Of a stretch of DNA of 64,000 bases, positions 1 through 11,781 are shown piece by piece. The notes beneath the pieces are model-generated. The model saw only the letters and a program-made list of their open reading frames with translations, searched no databases and was not told the DNA's origin. The position numbers and the translations under genes are program-made. The DNA is from an uncultured Pelagibacteraceae bacterium (GTDB lineage: Bacteria; Pseudomonadota; Alphaproteobacteria; Pelagibacterales; Pelagibacteraceae). Every line of letters begins with the position of its first letter. Position 1 is the first letter of the stretch. Location: contig CACCHS010000002.1 in assembly GCA_902545825.1 (NCBI GenBank), positions 334-64,333 on the forward strand. The letters are read 5' to 3'.

Positions 1-1652
1 CCCTTTTCAATAACAAAAATTTTATGAGAGTTAAGGATTGTTGAAAGCCTATGTGCTATCACAATTGTTGTTTTATTTTTGGTTAACAAACTCATTGCCT
101 CTTGTATTTTGCTTTCTGTTTCTGCATCTAATGAGGATGTTGCCTCATCTAATAGGATAATTGGGGCTTTCTTTAGCATAGCTCTTGCTATTGAAATTCT
201 TTGTTTCTCTCCACCTGATAATTTAAGCCCGTTCTCACCAATAATAGTCTCATATTTATTAGGTAGATCTTTTATAAAATTATGTGCAAATGACTTTTCT
301 GCAACTTCCATTATTTCTCTATCGCTAGATTGAGAATTCGCATATAGAATATTATTTTTTATTGTATCATCAAATAAAGTCGTATCTTGTGTAACAATTG
401 AAATATTTTTTCTTAAATCCTCGAGTTTAATTTTATAAATTGACTGATTATCAATTTTTATATCTCCTGAGAGACTATCGTAAAATCTTGGAATTAAATT
501 CAATATTGAGGACTTTCCAGCACCACTATGACCAACAAGGGCTGTCATTTTATTGCCCGTGAATTTTAAATTGATTTTTTTTAAAATTAGGTTTTGATTA
601 TCGTTGTATTTAAAATCACAATTTTCAAATTCTATATCGCAATTTTTTAGAACTAAATTATCGCTAGACTTACTGTCATTTATTTTATTTTCTATATCAA
701 TTATTGGTAATATTCTTTTAGCTGCAGATAAACCCTGATTTATGCCAACATTTAAAGTTGCTAATGATCTTACTGGTTGATAAGCAAGCATCATTGCAGC
801 TAAAAATGAAAAAAAATTATTTATATCTATTTCACCACTTATAATAAGTTTTCCTGTAACAAAAATAAGTAATGCTATCATCACACCAGTCAAAGGCTCC
901 ATTATTACTGTTGCTCTAGTGAAAACTATAGCAATTTTTTTTGCTTTCTCTTTCAAATCATTAAGAAATTTACTTGACCTTTGCGTTTCGAAAGATTCTT
1001 TTTGAAAAATTTTAATTAATTTATGATTTTTAAACAATTCCATTAAATATTTCGATGCTTCACCAGCTTTTTCCTGAGCTTCGGTTGTTACTTTACCAAT
1101 TCTTTTCCCTAGGCTTTTAGCTGCTAATGTCGCGATAGGTATCATTAATATTGCAATAAGTGATAGTTTCCAATTTTGATAAAACATAACACATAATAAA
1201 CCAACAAGTGTTAAACTATCTTTAAAAGCATTTAATATTGTTGTGCTAACTAAATTTACAATATGAGAAGTATCACCAAGTACATGATTTAAATATTTAC
1301 CGCTATGTTTATCTTGTATTAAATTTGTATCAGCTCTAATTAATGATTTTAACATATCATCCTGCATATCTTTTTTAATATCATTACCAACAGAGATCAT
1401 AAGCACTCTAGCTCCATATAATGATAAGCCTTTAGCAAAAAACGCTAAAATTATAAATAATGGAATTATCAAAATTAAATTTTCATCTTTTTCTACAAAA
1501 ATTTTTTTAATTGCTGGATCTAGAAGATATGCAATTGCAGATGTTGATCCAGCTACAATCAATGAGAAAATTCCAGAAAGAATAATTTTTCCAATATAAT
1601 TTTTTGAGTAATCAAAGTATAAACGTTTTAAAATTTGGAAATTACTTGTCAT
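1..1652 (-). CDS. msbA: ABC transporter ATP-binding/permease, MsbA-like lipid A flippase (3' end runs off the window)
   Basis: Not in the ORF track; read by hand from ATG 1652 (MTSNFQILKRLYFDY...). N-terminal TM domain, Walker A LVGHSGAGKS (~510-540), signature LSGGEKQRISIARA (~180-225). ATGA overlap with the ubiA stop. Confidence 0.85.
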   Translation of the reverse strand, partial: MTSNFQILKRLYFDYSKNYIGKIILSGIFSLIVAGSTSAIAYLLDPAIKKIFVEKDENLILIIPLFIILAFFAKGLSLYGARVLMISVGNDIKKDMQDDMLKSLIRADTNLIQDKHSGKYLNHVLGDTSHIVNLVSTTILNAFKDSLTLVGLLCVMFYQNWKLSLIAILMIPIATLAAKSLGKRIGKVTTEAQEKAGEASKYLMELFKNHKLIKIFQKESFETQRSSKFLNDLKEKAKKIAIVFTRATVIMEPLTGVMIALLIFVTGKLIISGEIDINNFFSFLAAMMLAYQPVRSLATLNVGINQGLSAAKRILPIIDIENKINDSKSSDNLVLKNCDIEFENCDFKYNDNQNLILKKINLKFTGNKMTALVGHSGAGKSSILNLIPRFYDSLSGDIKIDNQSIYKIKLEDLRKNISIVTQDTTLFDDTIKNNILYANSQSSDREIMEVAEKSFAHNFIKDLPNKYETIIGENGLKLSGGEKQRISIARAMLKKAPIILLDEATSSLDAETESKIQEAMSLLTKNKTTIVIAHRLSTILNSHKIFVIEK

Positions 1653-2518
1653 AAAATAATTTTCCCAATTAAAATATTTATAAAAACTAAAAATCCAATA
1701 AGATTATTTGATTTAAATTTACTCAAGCAACTAAATTGATCATTAATATTTAAAAATTTAATTTGATAAATAAGCAAATGCAAAGAGATTATAACAATTC
1801 CAAAAAAATATATTGAACTAAACGTCATTTTGTAACCTATATAAAGTAAGCATAAAATAAAAATCAAAAAGCATCCCGAGATAAATATTTTAGGATTTTT
1901 TTTAAATTTAATGGATGTTGATTTTACTCCTATAATTTCATCGTCTTTAATATCTTGGTACCCATATATTGTGTCGTAACCTAATGTCCAAAATATGGCT
2001 CCTATATAAAATATTACAGGCAAAGCATCAATTTGACTATTTATGGATGTCCAGCCCAATATAAGACCATAGTTGAAAGTAATTCCTAAAAATAGCTGTG
2101 GCCAGTAAGTAAATCTTTTCATTAATGGATAGGTAAATGCTAAGGGCATTGAACCAAGTGCAAGTAAAATAGTGAATAAATTAAACTGTATTAGAACAAA
2201 AAAAGCTATTAGACATAAAATTATTGAGTAGAGAAGAGCTAGTTTTACGGATATAGAACCAGATGCTATCGGACGAGATTTAGTTCTCTCAACTTTATTA
2301 TCATAATCTTTATCAAATACATCGTTAATTATACATCCAGCTGATCTCATTAATACCGACCCTAAAAAAAATAATAAAAGATATTTAATGAATATTTGAA
2401 TATCTTTAGAAAAATCAAACGCTATCGTTAGTCCCCATAAACACGGCCAAAATAATAGCATGAACCCAATTGGTTTTTTTAAGCGAGTTAACTCAATAAA
2501 ATAATTTATTTGTTTCAT
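1649..2518 (-). CDS. ubiA: 4-hydroxybenzoate polyprenyltransferase
   Basis: RSAGCIINDVFDKDYDNKVERTKSRPIASG and YDTIYGYQDIKDD Asp-rich motifs; YPLMKRFTYWPQ. Confidence 0.95.
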   Translation of the reverse strand: MKQINYFIELTRLKKPIGFMLLFWPCLWGLTIAFDFSKDIQIFIKYLLLFFLGSVLMRSAGCIINDVFDKDYDNKVERTKSRPIASGSISVKLALLYSIILCLIAFFVLIQFNLFTILLALGSMPLAFTYPLMKRFTYWPQLFLGITFNYGLILGWTSINSQIDALPVIFYIGAIFWTLGYDTIYGYQDIKDDEIIGVKSTSIKFKKNPKIFISGCFLIFILCLLYIGYKMTFSSIYFFGIVIISLHLLIYQIKFLNINDQFSCLSKFKSNNLIGFLVFINILIGKIIL

Positions 2519-2528
2519 CAGAATTTAC

Positions 2529-2557
2529 TTGTAAATAGCAAAGGCTAGATTCATAAT
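2529..2557 (+). promoter_or_regulatory. Putative sigma70 promoter for the DUF2721 gene, with a GANTC site overlapping the -10
   Basis: TTGTAA (2529-2534), 17 bp, CATAAT (2552-2557); GATTC at 2548-2552 and 2564-2568. Confidence 0.45.
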
Positions 2558-2571
2558 CAAACTGATTCGTT

Positions 2572-2976
2572 ATGAATATTGATTATACAGTGACTGCATT
2601 AATGTTTCCCGCGATACCGTTATTAATGGGTGTCTATAGCAATAGATTTCATACTTTAAGTAAACTAATAAGAGAACTGCATGACGAACATGTTTATGAA
2701 AAACATATTCCTCCTGAATGGAAAAAACAATTTATTAATTTAAGTAAAAGAATATCTATCCTAAGGTGGACTATTATGTTTGCAGCTTTTGGTTTTCTAT
2801 TTAATATGTTAACTGTATTTGCGCTGTATTTAGATACTTTATTTGTAGCTAGAGTTATTTTTGGATCATGTTGTCTATCAATGATTATATCTATAGCGTT
2901 TTTTATTAGAGAAATTCAGATTTCAACTAGTGCCTTAAATTTGCATATGTCCGATATGGACGTTCACATAGATTAG
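2572..2976 (+). CDS. DUF2721-family membrane protein
   Basis: ALMFPAIPLLM..YSNRF..L..LIRELH N-terminus, three hydrophobic segments, FIREIQIST C-terminus. Confidence 0.7.
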   Translation: MNIDYTVTALMFPAIPLLMGVYSNRFHTLSKLIRELHDEHVYEKHIPPEWKKQFINLSKRISILRWTIMFAAFGFLFNMLTVFALYLDTLFVARVIFGSCCLSMIISIAFFIREIQISTSALNLHMSDMDVHID

Positions 2977-3947
2977 TTAGGTATTATTACTGCAGGACCA
3001 ATTAATTTTCTTGCTTCTAAATCTTCATGAGCATTTTTAGCCTGATCAAGAGTATATTTTTTTGAAATATCTATTTTTATTTTTTTTGAAATTACTGCAT
3101 CGAATACTTTTTTAGCAGAGTCTTCTAACTCTTTCCTGGTTACAGTGTAGTGAGCAATTGACGGTCTAGTAAAAAATAGTCCTTTTGTATTTATGTGCTT
3201 TTTGACATCAATTGTATTTACATATCCTGAGGCGTTTCCAAACGCTACCATCATACCTCTGATTTTTAAGCATTCAATTGAACCTTCAAAAGTTTTTTGT
3301 CCTACACCATCGTACACTACATCAACTGCATTCTTTCCAAATAATTTCTCGACTTCTTCAACAAAATTTTTTTCAGTATAATTAATTACATAGTGACAAC
3401 CATTTTTTTTTGCAATTTCTTCCTTTTCTTTTGATCCAACTGTACCTATTACCTCGCAACCTATGGAGTTTGCCCATTGACACAAAATTTGTCCAACTCC
3501 ACCCGCCGCAGCGTGGAATAGAACTTTGTCACCTTTTTTTGCTATATAACTTCTATGAAGCAAATATTCAGCAGTCATGCCTTTTAATACGATACATGAT
3601 GCCACTTCATTGGAAATACCGTCTGGTACACTTATAAGTTTTTCCTGAGGCATAATTTGTTTTTCTGAGTAAGCACCTATAGGCATTGATGCATGACTTA
3701 CTCTATCTCCAATCTTAAATAAATTTACCTCAGATCCGACTTCTTCAATAACTCCACATGCCTCTAAGCCGATTCCACTTGGTAATGGTATTGGATATAG
3801 ACCGGTACGATGATAAACATCGATATAATTAAGACCTATTGATAAATTTTTAATCAAAACTTCTTTGGGTCCTGGCTTACCGATTTTGACATCTTTAATT
3901 TCTAATTCCTCTGGTCCACCAAATTTCTTAATTTCTATTACTTTCAT
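2973..3947 (-). CDS. qor: NADPH:quinone oxidoreductase (zeta-crystallin/MDR family)
   Basis: GLNYIDVYHRTGLYP, HAAAGGVG, VYDGVG, FGNASG, AHEDLEARK. Confidence 0.92.
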   Translation of the reverse strand: MKVIEIKKFGGPEELEIKDVKIGKPGPKEVLIKNLSIGLNYIDVYHRTGLYPIPLPSGIGLEACGVIEEVGSEVNLFKIGDRVSHASMPIGAYSEKQIMPQEKLISVPDGISNEVASCIVLKGMTAEYLLHRSYIAKKGDKVLFHAAAGGVGQILCQWANSIGCEVIGTVGSKEKEEIAKKNGCHYVINYTEKNFVEEVEKLFGKNAVDVVYDGVGQKTFEGSIECLKIRGMMVAFGNASGYVNTIDVKKHINTKGLFFTRPSIAHYTVTRKELEDSAKKVFDAVISKKIKIDISKKYTLDQAKNAHEDLEARKLIGPAVIIPN

Positions 3948-3949
3948 AG

Positions 3950-4786
3950 TTATTTTACGAATGTGCCATTATGGTAATCATTTATTGCCTCTAAGATCTC
4001 TGCCTTTGTATTCATTACGAAAGGACCCCCTCTAGCAATCTTTTCACCAATTGGCTTACCAGATATAAGTAAAAAATTTGATTTTATATAAGACTCTACT
4101 TTTAATTTTGACCCCTTTGTAAGTAAAACTAGTTTTGAGTCTGTGATTTTCTCATGTTTTTTTTCACCAACTTTAATTTCTCCATTTATTAAATAAATAA
4201 AAGAATTATGTGTCTCAGGTAAATTGAAATCAAAAATTTTATCTTTATTAAGAACTACATCAAAATATAACGGTTGAACATTGTGCTTGTTAACTGGCCC
4301 CTCAGTACTATTAAATTTTCCAGCAATAACTTTTACGGTTTTCTCGCTGTCCTTATGAGTTTTCATTTTCTCAGAGTCTATATAAATATACTCAGGTTTA
4401 CTCATCTTTAATCTTGCAGGCATGTTTATCCATAGCTGAAAACCATGAAGCTTACCTTCTTTCATAGCTGGCATTTCAGAATGAATTATTCCACTACCAG
4501 TCTTCATCCACTGGACATCGCCTGCTGTCATCCTTCCTTCTCCACCAGCACTATCTTTGTGCTCAAAATCTCCTGAAAGCATATAAGTAACTGTTTCAAT
4601 TCCTCTATGCGGATGTGGTGGAAAGCCTCCAACGTAATCATCTTTATTTTCCGAACCAAACTCATCTAACATTAGAAATGGATCGAGATAATCTGGATCA
4701 ACACCAATACTTCTTTTTAACTTTACACCAGCTCCATCAGAGGAAATAATTGGATCGACTATTCTATCAACTTCAATCTGTTTCAT
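3950..4786 (-). CDS. Pirin-family bicupin
   Basis: DPFLMLDEF, GFPPHPHRGIETVTY, WMKTGSGIIHSE (His/His/His/Glu metal ligands), GPFVMNT. Confidence 0.95.
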   Translation of the reverse strand: MKQIEVDRIVDPIISSDGAGVKLKRSIGVDPDYLDPFLMLDEFGSENKDDYVGGFPPHPHRGIETVTYMLSGDFEHKDSAGGEGRMTAGDVQWMKTGSGIIHSEMPAMKEGKLHGFQLWINMPARLKMSKPEYIYIDSEKMKTHKDSEKTVKVIAGKFNSTEGPVNKHNVQPLYFDVVLNKDKIFDFNLPETHNSFIYLINGEIKVGEKKHEKITDSKLVLLTKGSKLKVESYIKSNFLLISGKPIGEKIARGGPFVMNTKAEILEAINDYHNGTFVK

Positions 4787-4787
4787 T

Positions 4788-5198
4788 TTAGGATCTATTG
4801 CCTTTGATTAAAAAATATAAACCACCAATAAAAAGAAAAATTTGTACACTAGTAAAAAGCTTTGTGTTTATAAACCAATCTGAATGAGCAATTACAAATA
4901 TGTTAATCATCAAAATTACGACTGTAAAGCCAGCTATTCGAGTAATAAAATTTCCATATGGATTTTTAATAAATCCTCCGATTATTAAAGTAGCTCCTAC
5001 CGAAACTTCTGTAAGTGCAACAAATGATGCTAAAGCAGGAGATAAGTCAAAATATTCAATTAGGCCCTGAGGTGGTAACGGAAATTTATTTAAACCATAA
5101 ATTAAAAAAGCTATTGCTATTCCAAATCTTAAAAATAAAGATGCCAATGCCTCAAAATTTGAGAAGAAATCATTTATCTTATTTATAAATATTTTCAT
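4788..5198 (-). CDS. DoxX-family membrane protein
   Basis: LRFGIAIAFLIYGLNKF, then E..G..LIIG; four TM segments. Start moved to ATG 5198 because the longer ORF overlaps the CDGSH gene. Confidence 0.7.
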   Translation of the reverse strand: MKIFINKINDFFSNFEALASLFLRFGIAIAFLIYGLNKFPLPPQGLIEYFDLSPALASFVALTEVSVGATLIIGGFIKNPYGNFITRIAGFTVVILMINIFVIAHSDWFINTKLFTSVQIFLFIGGLYFLIKGNRS

Positions 5199-5199
5199 A

Positions 5200-5436
5200 T
5201 TATTTATTATGCGATCCATCACAAAATGGCTGATTGTTAGTTTGTTTGCAAGTGCAAAAAAACATTTTTTTTGTCTCATCTGCTATAAATTTAACTGGGC
5301 TAAACTCTGTATTTTTATGGGACCCATCACAAAACGGTTGCTTAGAACTTAATCCGCATGAACACCAAAAATAAGATTTATTCTGTTCGACCTCAACCAC
5401 AATAGCGCTATCTCCAGCTTTTTTACCCTTTAACAT
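5200..5436 (-). CDS. Tandem CDGSH [2Fe-2S] (NEET/MiNT-like) protein
   Basis: Two C-x-C-x2-[ST]-x3-P-x-CDGSH motifs (WCSCGLSSKQPFCDGSH, FCTCKQTNNQPFCDGSH); AAGAGG RBS 5 nt before ATG 5436. Confidence 0.93.
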   Translation of the reverse strand: MLKGKKAGDSAIVVEVEQNKSYFWCSCGLSSKQPFCDGSHKNTEFSPVKFIADETKKMFFCTCKQTNNQPFCDGSHNK

Positions 5437-5464
5437 CAATACCTCTTTTTTTTTAAATGTTAAT

Positions 5465-6130
5465 TTAATTTAGCATTTCGAGTAATTCATTTAAATTTTT
5501 AATTTCATAATTTGGTTGATAGTCTAAGTTATCAAATACATTATTATTTCGGTTTACCCAAATAGAATTATAACCATAATTTCCACCGGCAGATACGTCC
5601 CAAGTATTTGCACTTAAAAAAGCTATTTCTTTTTTTTTGAAACTATATTTTTTAATTGGCATATCATAAACTTTTGAGCTAGGTTTATAAATACCAACAT
5701 TTTCAATTGAGAAAATATCATCAAAAATATTATCTAAATTATTACTATTTACTAATTCATCTAGAAGACCAGGAGTTCCGTTTGAAAGTATTGATAATTT
5801 AAATTTTTTATTCTTTAAGTCTTTTAAAACATTAGGTACTTCATTAAATGTTGAAAGTTTTTTGTAAAGATTTAATAATTCATTTTTCATTTCAGGATCA
5901 ATATCGAATACTTTCATAGATTTATCTAAACTATCTTCTGTTACTTGCCAAAAATCTTTATGTCTATCCATTAAACTTCGTAGCCAAGTATATTCAAGTT
6001 GTGTTGTTCTCCAGTAATTAGCAAAACCTTCCCACTTATCACCTATTTTATTTTTACATTTCTCTGCTGCGGAGTTAACATCAAATAAAGTACCATATGC
6101 ATCAAAAATAATTGCTTTAATATTTTTCAT
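5465..6130 (-). CDS. Haloacid dehalogenase type II (L-2-haloacid dehalogenase-like)
   Basis: FDAYGTLFD, WRTTQLEYTW, LSNG, YKP, SANTWD. Confidence 0.9.
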   Translation of the reverse strand: MKNIKAIIFDAYGTLFDVNSAAEKCKNKIGDKWEGFANYWRTTQLEYTWLRSLMDRHKDFWQVTEDSLDKSMKVFDIDPEMKNELLNLYKKLSTFNEVPNVLKDLKNKKFKLSILSNGTPGLLDELVNSNNLDNIFDDIFSIENVGIYKPSSKVYDMPIKKYSFKKKEIAFLSANTWDVSAGGNYGYNSIWVNRNNNVFDNLDYQPNYEIKNLNELLEMLN

Positions 6131-6153
6131 AAATCAGATTAATATAATTATTA

Positions 6154-6861
6154 ATGAATAATTTAAGACTATTCTATCAAAAAAAATTGTCCGATAATCT
6201 TATTGGAAATTTGGATAAAAAACAATCTCACTATGTTAGCAAGGTTATGAGATTGAGAGAAAATGATGAGTTTAATGTTTTTAACGAGTCAGGAGAATGG
6301 ATTGCACAAATAAAAAAAATTAATAAAACTGGCATTGAATTCCAAATTGTTAAACAATTAAGATCCAAAGAGAGCAGAGTAGACATATGGTTAGCTTTTT
6401 CCCCAATTAAATCGAATTATTTTAATTTTATGATTCAAAAATCAACAGAGCTTGGAGTAACAAAATTTATTCCTGTCATATTTGAAAGAAGTATTGTTAG
6501 AAAGATAAATAATGATAGACTAAAAAAAATTATTATAGAGGCAACTGAGCAATCAAACAGAATTTGCACACCAGAGATAGAAAGTCCTGTAAAGCTTCAA
6601 AATTTTCTATCAATCTATGAAAATAAAATTAAATTAATCTTTACTGACCTTAATTCTAATAAAAAAAAAGTATCTTTAATAAAGTCTGAAAAAAAACCAT
6701 TATGCATATTAATTGGACCAGAAGGTGATTTTTCCGAGTCGGAAAGGTTAAAAATTCTAAATTTTAAAGATGTTGAAACAATTAAATTAAATGACAATAT
6801 TCTTCGTTCAGAAACAGCAGCAATTTCGGCGTTATCTGTGATTAATTTTATAATAAATTGA
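6154..6861 (+). CDS. rsmE: 16S rRNA m3U1498 methyltransferase
   Basis: HYVSKVMRL, QKSTELGV, EATEQS, IGPEGDF, ILRSETA. Confidence 0.95.
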   Translation: MNNLRLFYQKKLSDNLIGNLDKKQSHYVSKVMRLRENDEFNVFNESGEWIAQIKKINKTGIEFQIVKQLRSKESRVDIWLAFSPIKSNYFNFMIQKSTELGVTKFIPVIFERSIVRKINNDRLKKIIIEATEQSNRICTPEIESPVKLQNFLSIYENKIKLIFTDLNSNKKKVSLIKSEKKPLCILIGPEGDFSESERLKILNFKDVETIKLNDNILRSETAAISALSVINFIIN

Positions 6862-6921
6862 TAAATTGTCGCGAAAACATTAGTGTAATTTTAATTATTT
6901 AGTTCTATATAGTTCATAACA

Positions 6922-9368
<2,447 letters not shown>

Positions 9369-9395
9369 ATTTTTTTACGCATATATAATTTAAAG

Positions 9396-10307
9396 ATGTC
9401 TACAACTAATATAAGAGCCAAAAAACAAAGTGTTTCAGACATAAAAGTTTTTAACGAGCTTATAAAGCTGATGAAACCAAGAGTAATGTCATTAGTTATT
9501 TTTACTTGCGCAGTTGGCTTATTATCTTCACCAATAGTTCTTTCAATTAAAGATGCGATGATAGGAATTTTATTTGTTGCGATGGGAGCTGGGGCAGCAG
9601 GAACACTTAATATGTGGTATGAGGCTGATTTGGACAAGCTAATGTCTAGAACTTGTTTGAGACCTATTCCAAGAGGTAAAGTAAATAAAGACCAAGCATT
9701 AATTTTTGGCCTTCTATTGTCAATTATATCTGTCGTTAGCCTTTATTATTTTAGTAATTTTTTATCAGCGTTCTTATTATTCTTTACTATTTTCTTTTAC
9801 GTTATTGTTTATACCATTTGGCTAAAAAGAAAGACTTCACAAAACATTGTTATTGGAGGAGCCTCAGGAGCATTACCTCCTGTTATAGGGTGGACTATTG
9901 CAACTAACTCTTTATCTATGGAACCACTAACATTATTTCTAATTATATTTATTTGGACACCATCACATTTTTGGGCACTTAGCCTTTACAAAGCAAATGA
10001 TTATAAAAGAGCAAAAATTCCAATGCTCCCAATAACAGATGGAATTCAAAATACAAAAAAAAATATTTTAATTTACTCTTTGCTAATGATACCAACTATT
10101 TTAATACCATATTATATTGGGTTTGCTGGATTGACATTTTTAATCCCATCTTTAGCATTGACCTTATACTACAACTATATTTGTTTTAATCTTTACAGTT
10201 ATAAAAAAAATAAATTTGATACAAATATAGCAAAACACATATTCAGTTATTCAATAATATATTTATTTTTAATTTTCGTATTATTTTTGATTGATAAATT
10301 AATTTAA
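9396..10307 (+). CDS. cyoE: Protoheme IX farnesyltransferase (heme O synthase)
   Basis: LMKPRV, NMWYEADLDKLMSRTCLRP, WLKRKTSQNIVIGG, WTPSHFWAL. Confidence 0.97.
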   Translation: MSTTNIRAKKQSVSDIKVFNELIKLMKPRVMSLVIFTCAVGLLSSPIVLSIKDAMIGILFVAMGAGAAGTLNMWYEADLDKLMSRTCLRPIPRGKVNKDQALIFGLLLSIISVVSLYYFSNFLSAFLLFFTIFFYVIVYTIWLKRKTSQNIVIGGASGALPPVIGWTIATNSLSMEPLTLFLIIFIWTPSHFWALSLYKANDYKRAKIPMLPITDGIQNTKKNILIYSLLMIPTILIPYYIGFAGLTFLIPSLALTLYYNYICFNLYSYKKNKFDTNIAKHIFSYSIIYLFLIFVLFLIDKLI

Positions 10308-10429
10308 TGATACCTGATAAAAAATTAAAAAAACGAAATATATGGACAGCACTTGGGTTGTTATTATTTATAGTTTTTTTATTTATATTTACGCTATTTA
10401 ACATTGGAGTATTTGATAGACCTTTATAG
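10307..10429 (+). CDS. coxF: Small single-TM CoxF-like protein, 40 aa (MIPDKKLKKRNIWTALGLLLFIVFLFIFTLFNIGVFDRPL)
   Basis: Below the ORF-track cutoff. TAATG stop/start coupling with cyoE; exactly fills the cyoE-ctaG gap; basic patch + TM + GVFDRPL tail; same position as coxF in alphaproteobacterial coxBAEFGC operons. Confidence 0.75.
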   Translation: MIPDKKLKKRNIWTALGLLLFIVFLFIFTLFNIGVFDRPL

Positions 10430-10432
10430 ATT

Positions 10433-10978
10433 ATGAAAAAAAAAACTTTAACACCTTTAATCCTTGGAGGAATTTTTTTCTTTATGTTAGGTCTCTCATT
10501 TGCAGCAGTCCCATTATACGATCTCTTTTGTAGAGTAACTGGTTTTGGCGGCACTACACAAGTATCAAAAGAAGCTCCAAAAATTGTTTTAGATAATGTG
10601 ATTAGTGTAAGACTTGATACAAATGTTAATAGTAATCTTTCTTGGGATTTTAAAGCTAAAAAAAATCTTTTAGATGTAAAGCCAGGCAAAGTTTACAACA
10701 TCGATTTTGAGGTTCAAAATGTTGGGAATGAACCTTCCGCGGGAGTTGCCAGTTATAATGTTTCACCTTCGTCCTTTGGTCAATATTTCAATAAGTTAGG
10801 TTGTTTTTGTTTTGAAAAACAGATATTAAAACCAGGTGAAAAGGCTGTTTATAAATTAGTTTTTTATTTAGATCCTGAGCTTGTAAACGACCCAAAAACT
10901 GCAAATGTTGAAGATGTAACTATGTCATATACTTTTTTTTCGTCTGATTATTATAAACAATCAAAGAATATAAATTAA
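10433..10978 (+). CDS. ctaG: Cytochrome c oxidase copper chaperone CtaG/Cox11
   Basis: VPLYDLFCRVTGFGGTT, YFNKLGCFCF. Confidence 0.97.
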   Translation: MKKKTLTPLILGGIFFFMLGLSFAAVPLYDLFCRVTGFGGTTQVSKEAPKIVLDNVISVRLDTNVNSNLSWDFKAKKNLLDVKPGKVYNIDFEVQNVGNEPSAGVASYNVSPSSFGQYFNKLGCFCFEKQILKPGEKAVYKLVFYLDPELVNDPKTANVEDVTMSYTFFSSDYYKQSKNIN

Positions 10979-10982
10979 TATT

Positions 10983-11774
10983 ATGTCCAGCGGAGAGCAA
11001 AAACACGATTATCACTTAGTTGACCCAAGTCCTTGGCCAATTTATACATCTTTTGCAACATTAATAACCGCCGTTGGTTCAGTTTATTATTTTCATAGCA
11101 AAGTGATGTGGGCGATGATTTTGGGTTTTGTATTACTTATCTATGGAGCTTATATGTGGTTTAGAGATGTGGTGATCGAGGCAGAGCATCAAGGTCATCA
11201 TACGCCTGTAGTTCAAATACATCATAGATATGGAATGACTCTTTTTATTGCCTCAGAAGTTATGTTTTTTGTAGCTTGGTTCTGGGCATATTTTGATGCA
11301 AGTTTGTTTCCGTCAGAATTTGTCGGAAATGTATGGCCACCTAAAGATATTGAAGTTTTTGATCCTTGGGACATCCCTTTAATAAATACACTAGTTTTAC
11401 TTTTATCAGGCACAACAGTAACATGGGCTCATCATGCTTTACTTGAAGATGATAGGAAAAGCTTTATTCAAGGTTTGAGCTTAACTGTTTTTTTAGGATT
11501 ATGTTTTACCGCACTTCAAGCTTACGAATATCACCATGCAACATTTAGCTTCTCAGGACATATCTATGGAGCAACTTTTTATATGGCAACAGGATTTCAT
11601 GGCTTTCATGTTGTTGTAGGAACAATTTTTTTAGCAGTGTGTTTGTGGAGAGGAAAATTAGGACATTTTAACAAAGATCATCATTTTGGATTTGAAGCCG
11701 CTGCTTGGTACTGGCATTTTGTTGATGTAGTTTGGCTATTTTTATTTGCAGCAATTTATATTTGGGGTAGTTAA
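10983..11774 (+). CDS. coxC: Cytochrome c oxidase subunit III
   Basis: HLVDPSPWP, LFIASEVMFF, TGFHGFHV, WYWHFVDVVWL. Confidence 0.98.
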   Translation: MSSGEQKHDYHLVDPSPWPIYTSFATLITAVGSVYYFHSKVMWAMILGFVLLIYGAYMWFRDVVIEAEHQGHHTPVVQIHHRYGMTLFIASEVMFFVAWFWAYFDASLFPSEFVGNVWPPKDIEVFDPWDIPLINTLVLLLSGTTVTWAHHALLEDDRKSFIQGLSLTVFLGLCFTALQAYEYHHATFSFSGHIYGATFYMATGFHGFHVVVGTIFLAVCLWRGKLGHFNKDHHFGFEAAAWYWHFVDVVWLFLFAAIYIWGS

Positions 11775-11781
11775 AAAATAA

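Noticed and set aside
79-333. 84-aa plus-strand ORF and the many other 60-150 aa ORFs antisense or out of frame within long genes (e.g. 3193, 10243, 22233, 30514, 41461, 42476, 59017, 61597)
   Set aside because: Shadow ORFs lying within or opposite well-conserved genes; no motifs or ribosome-binding sites.
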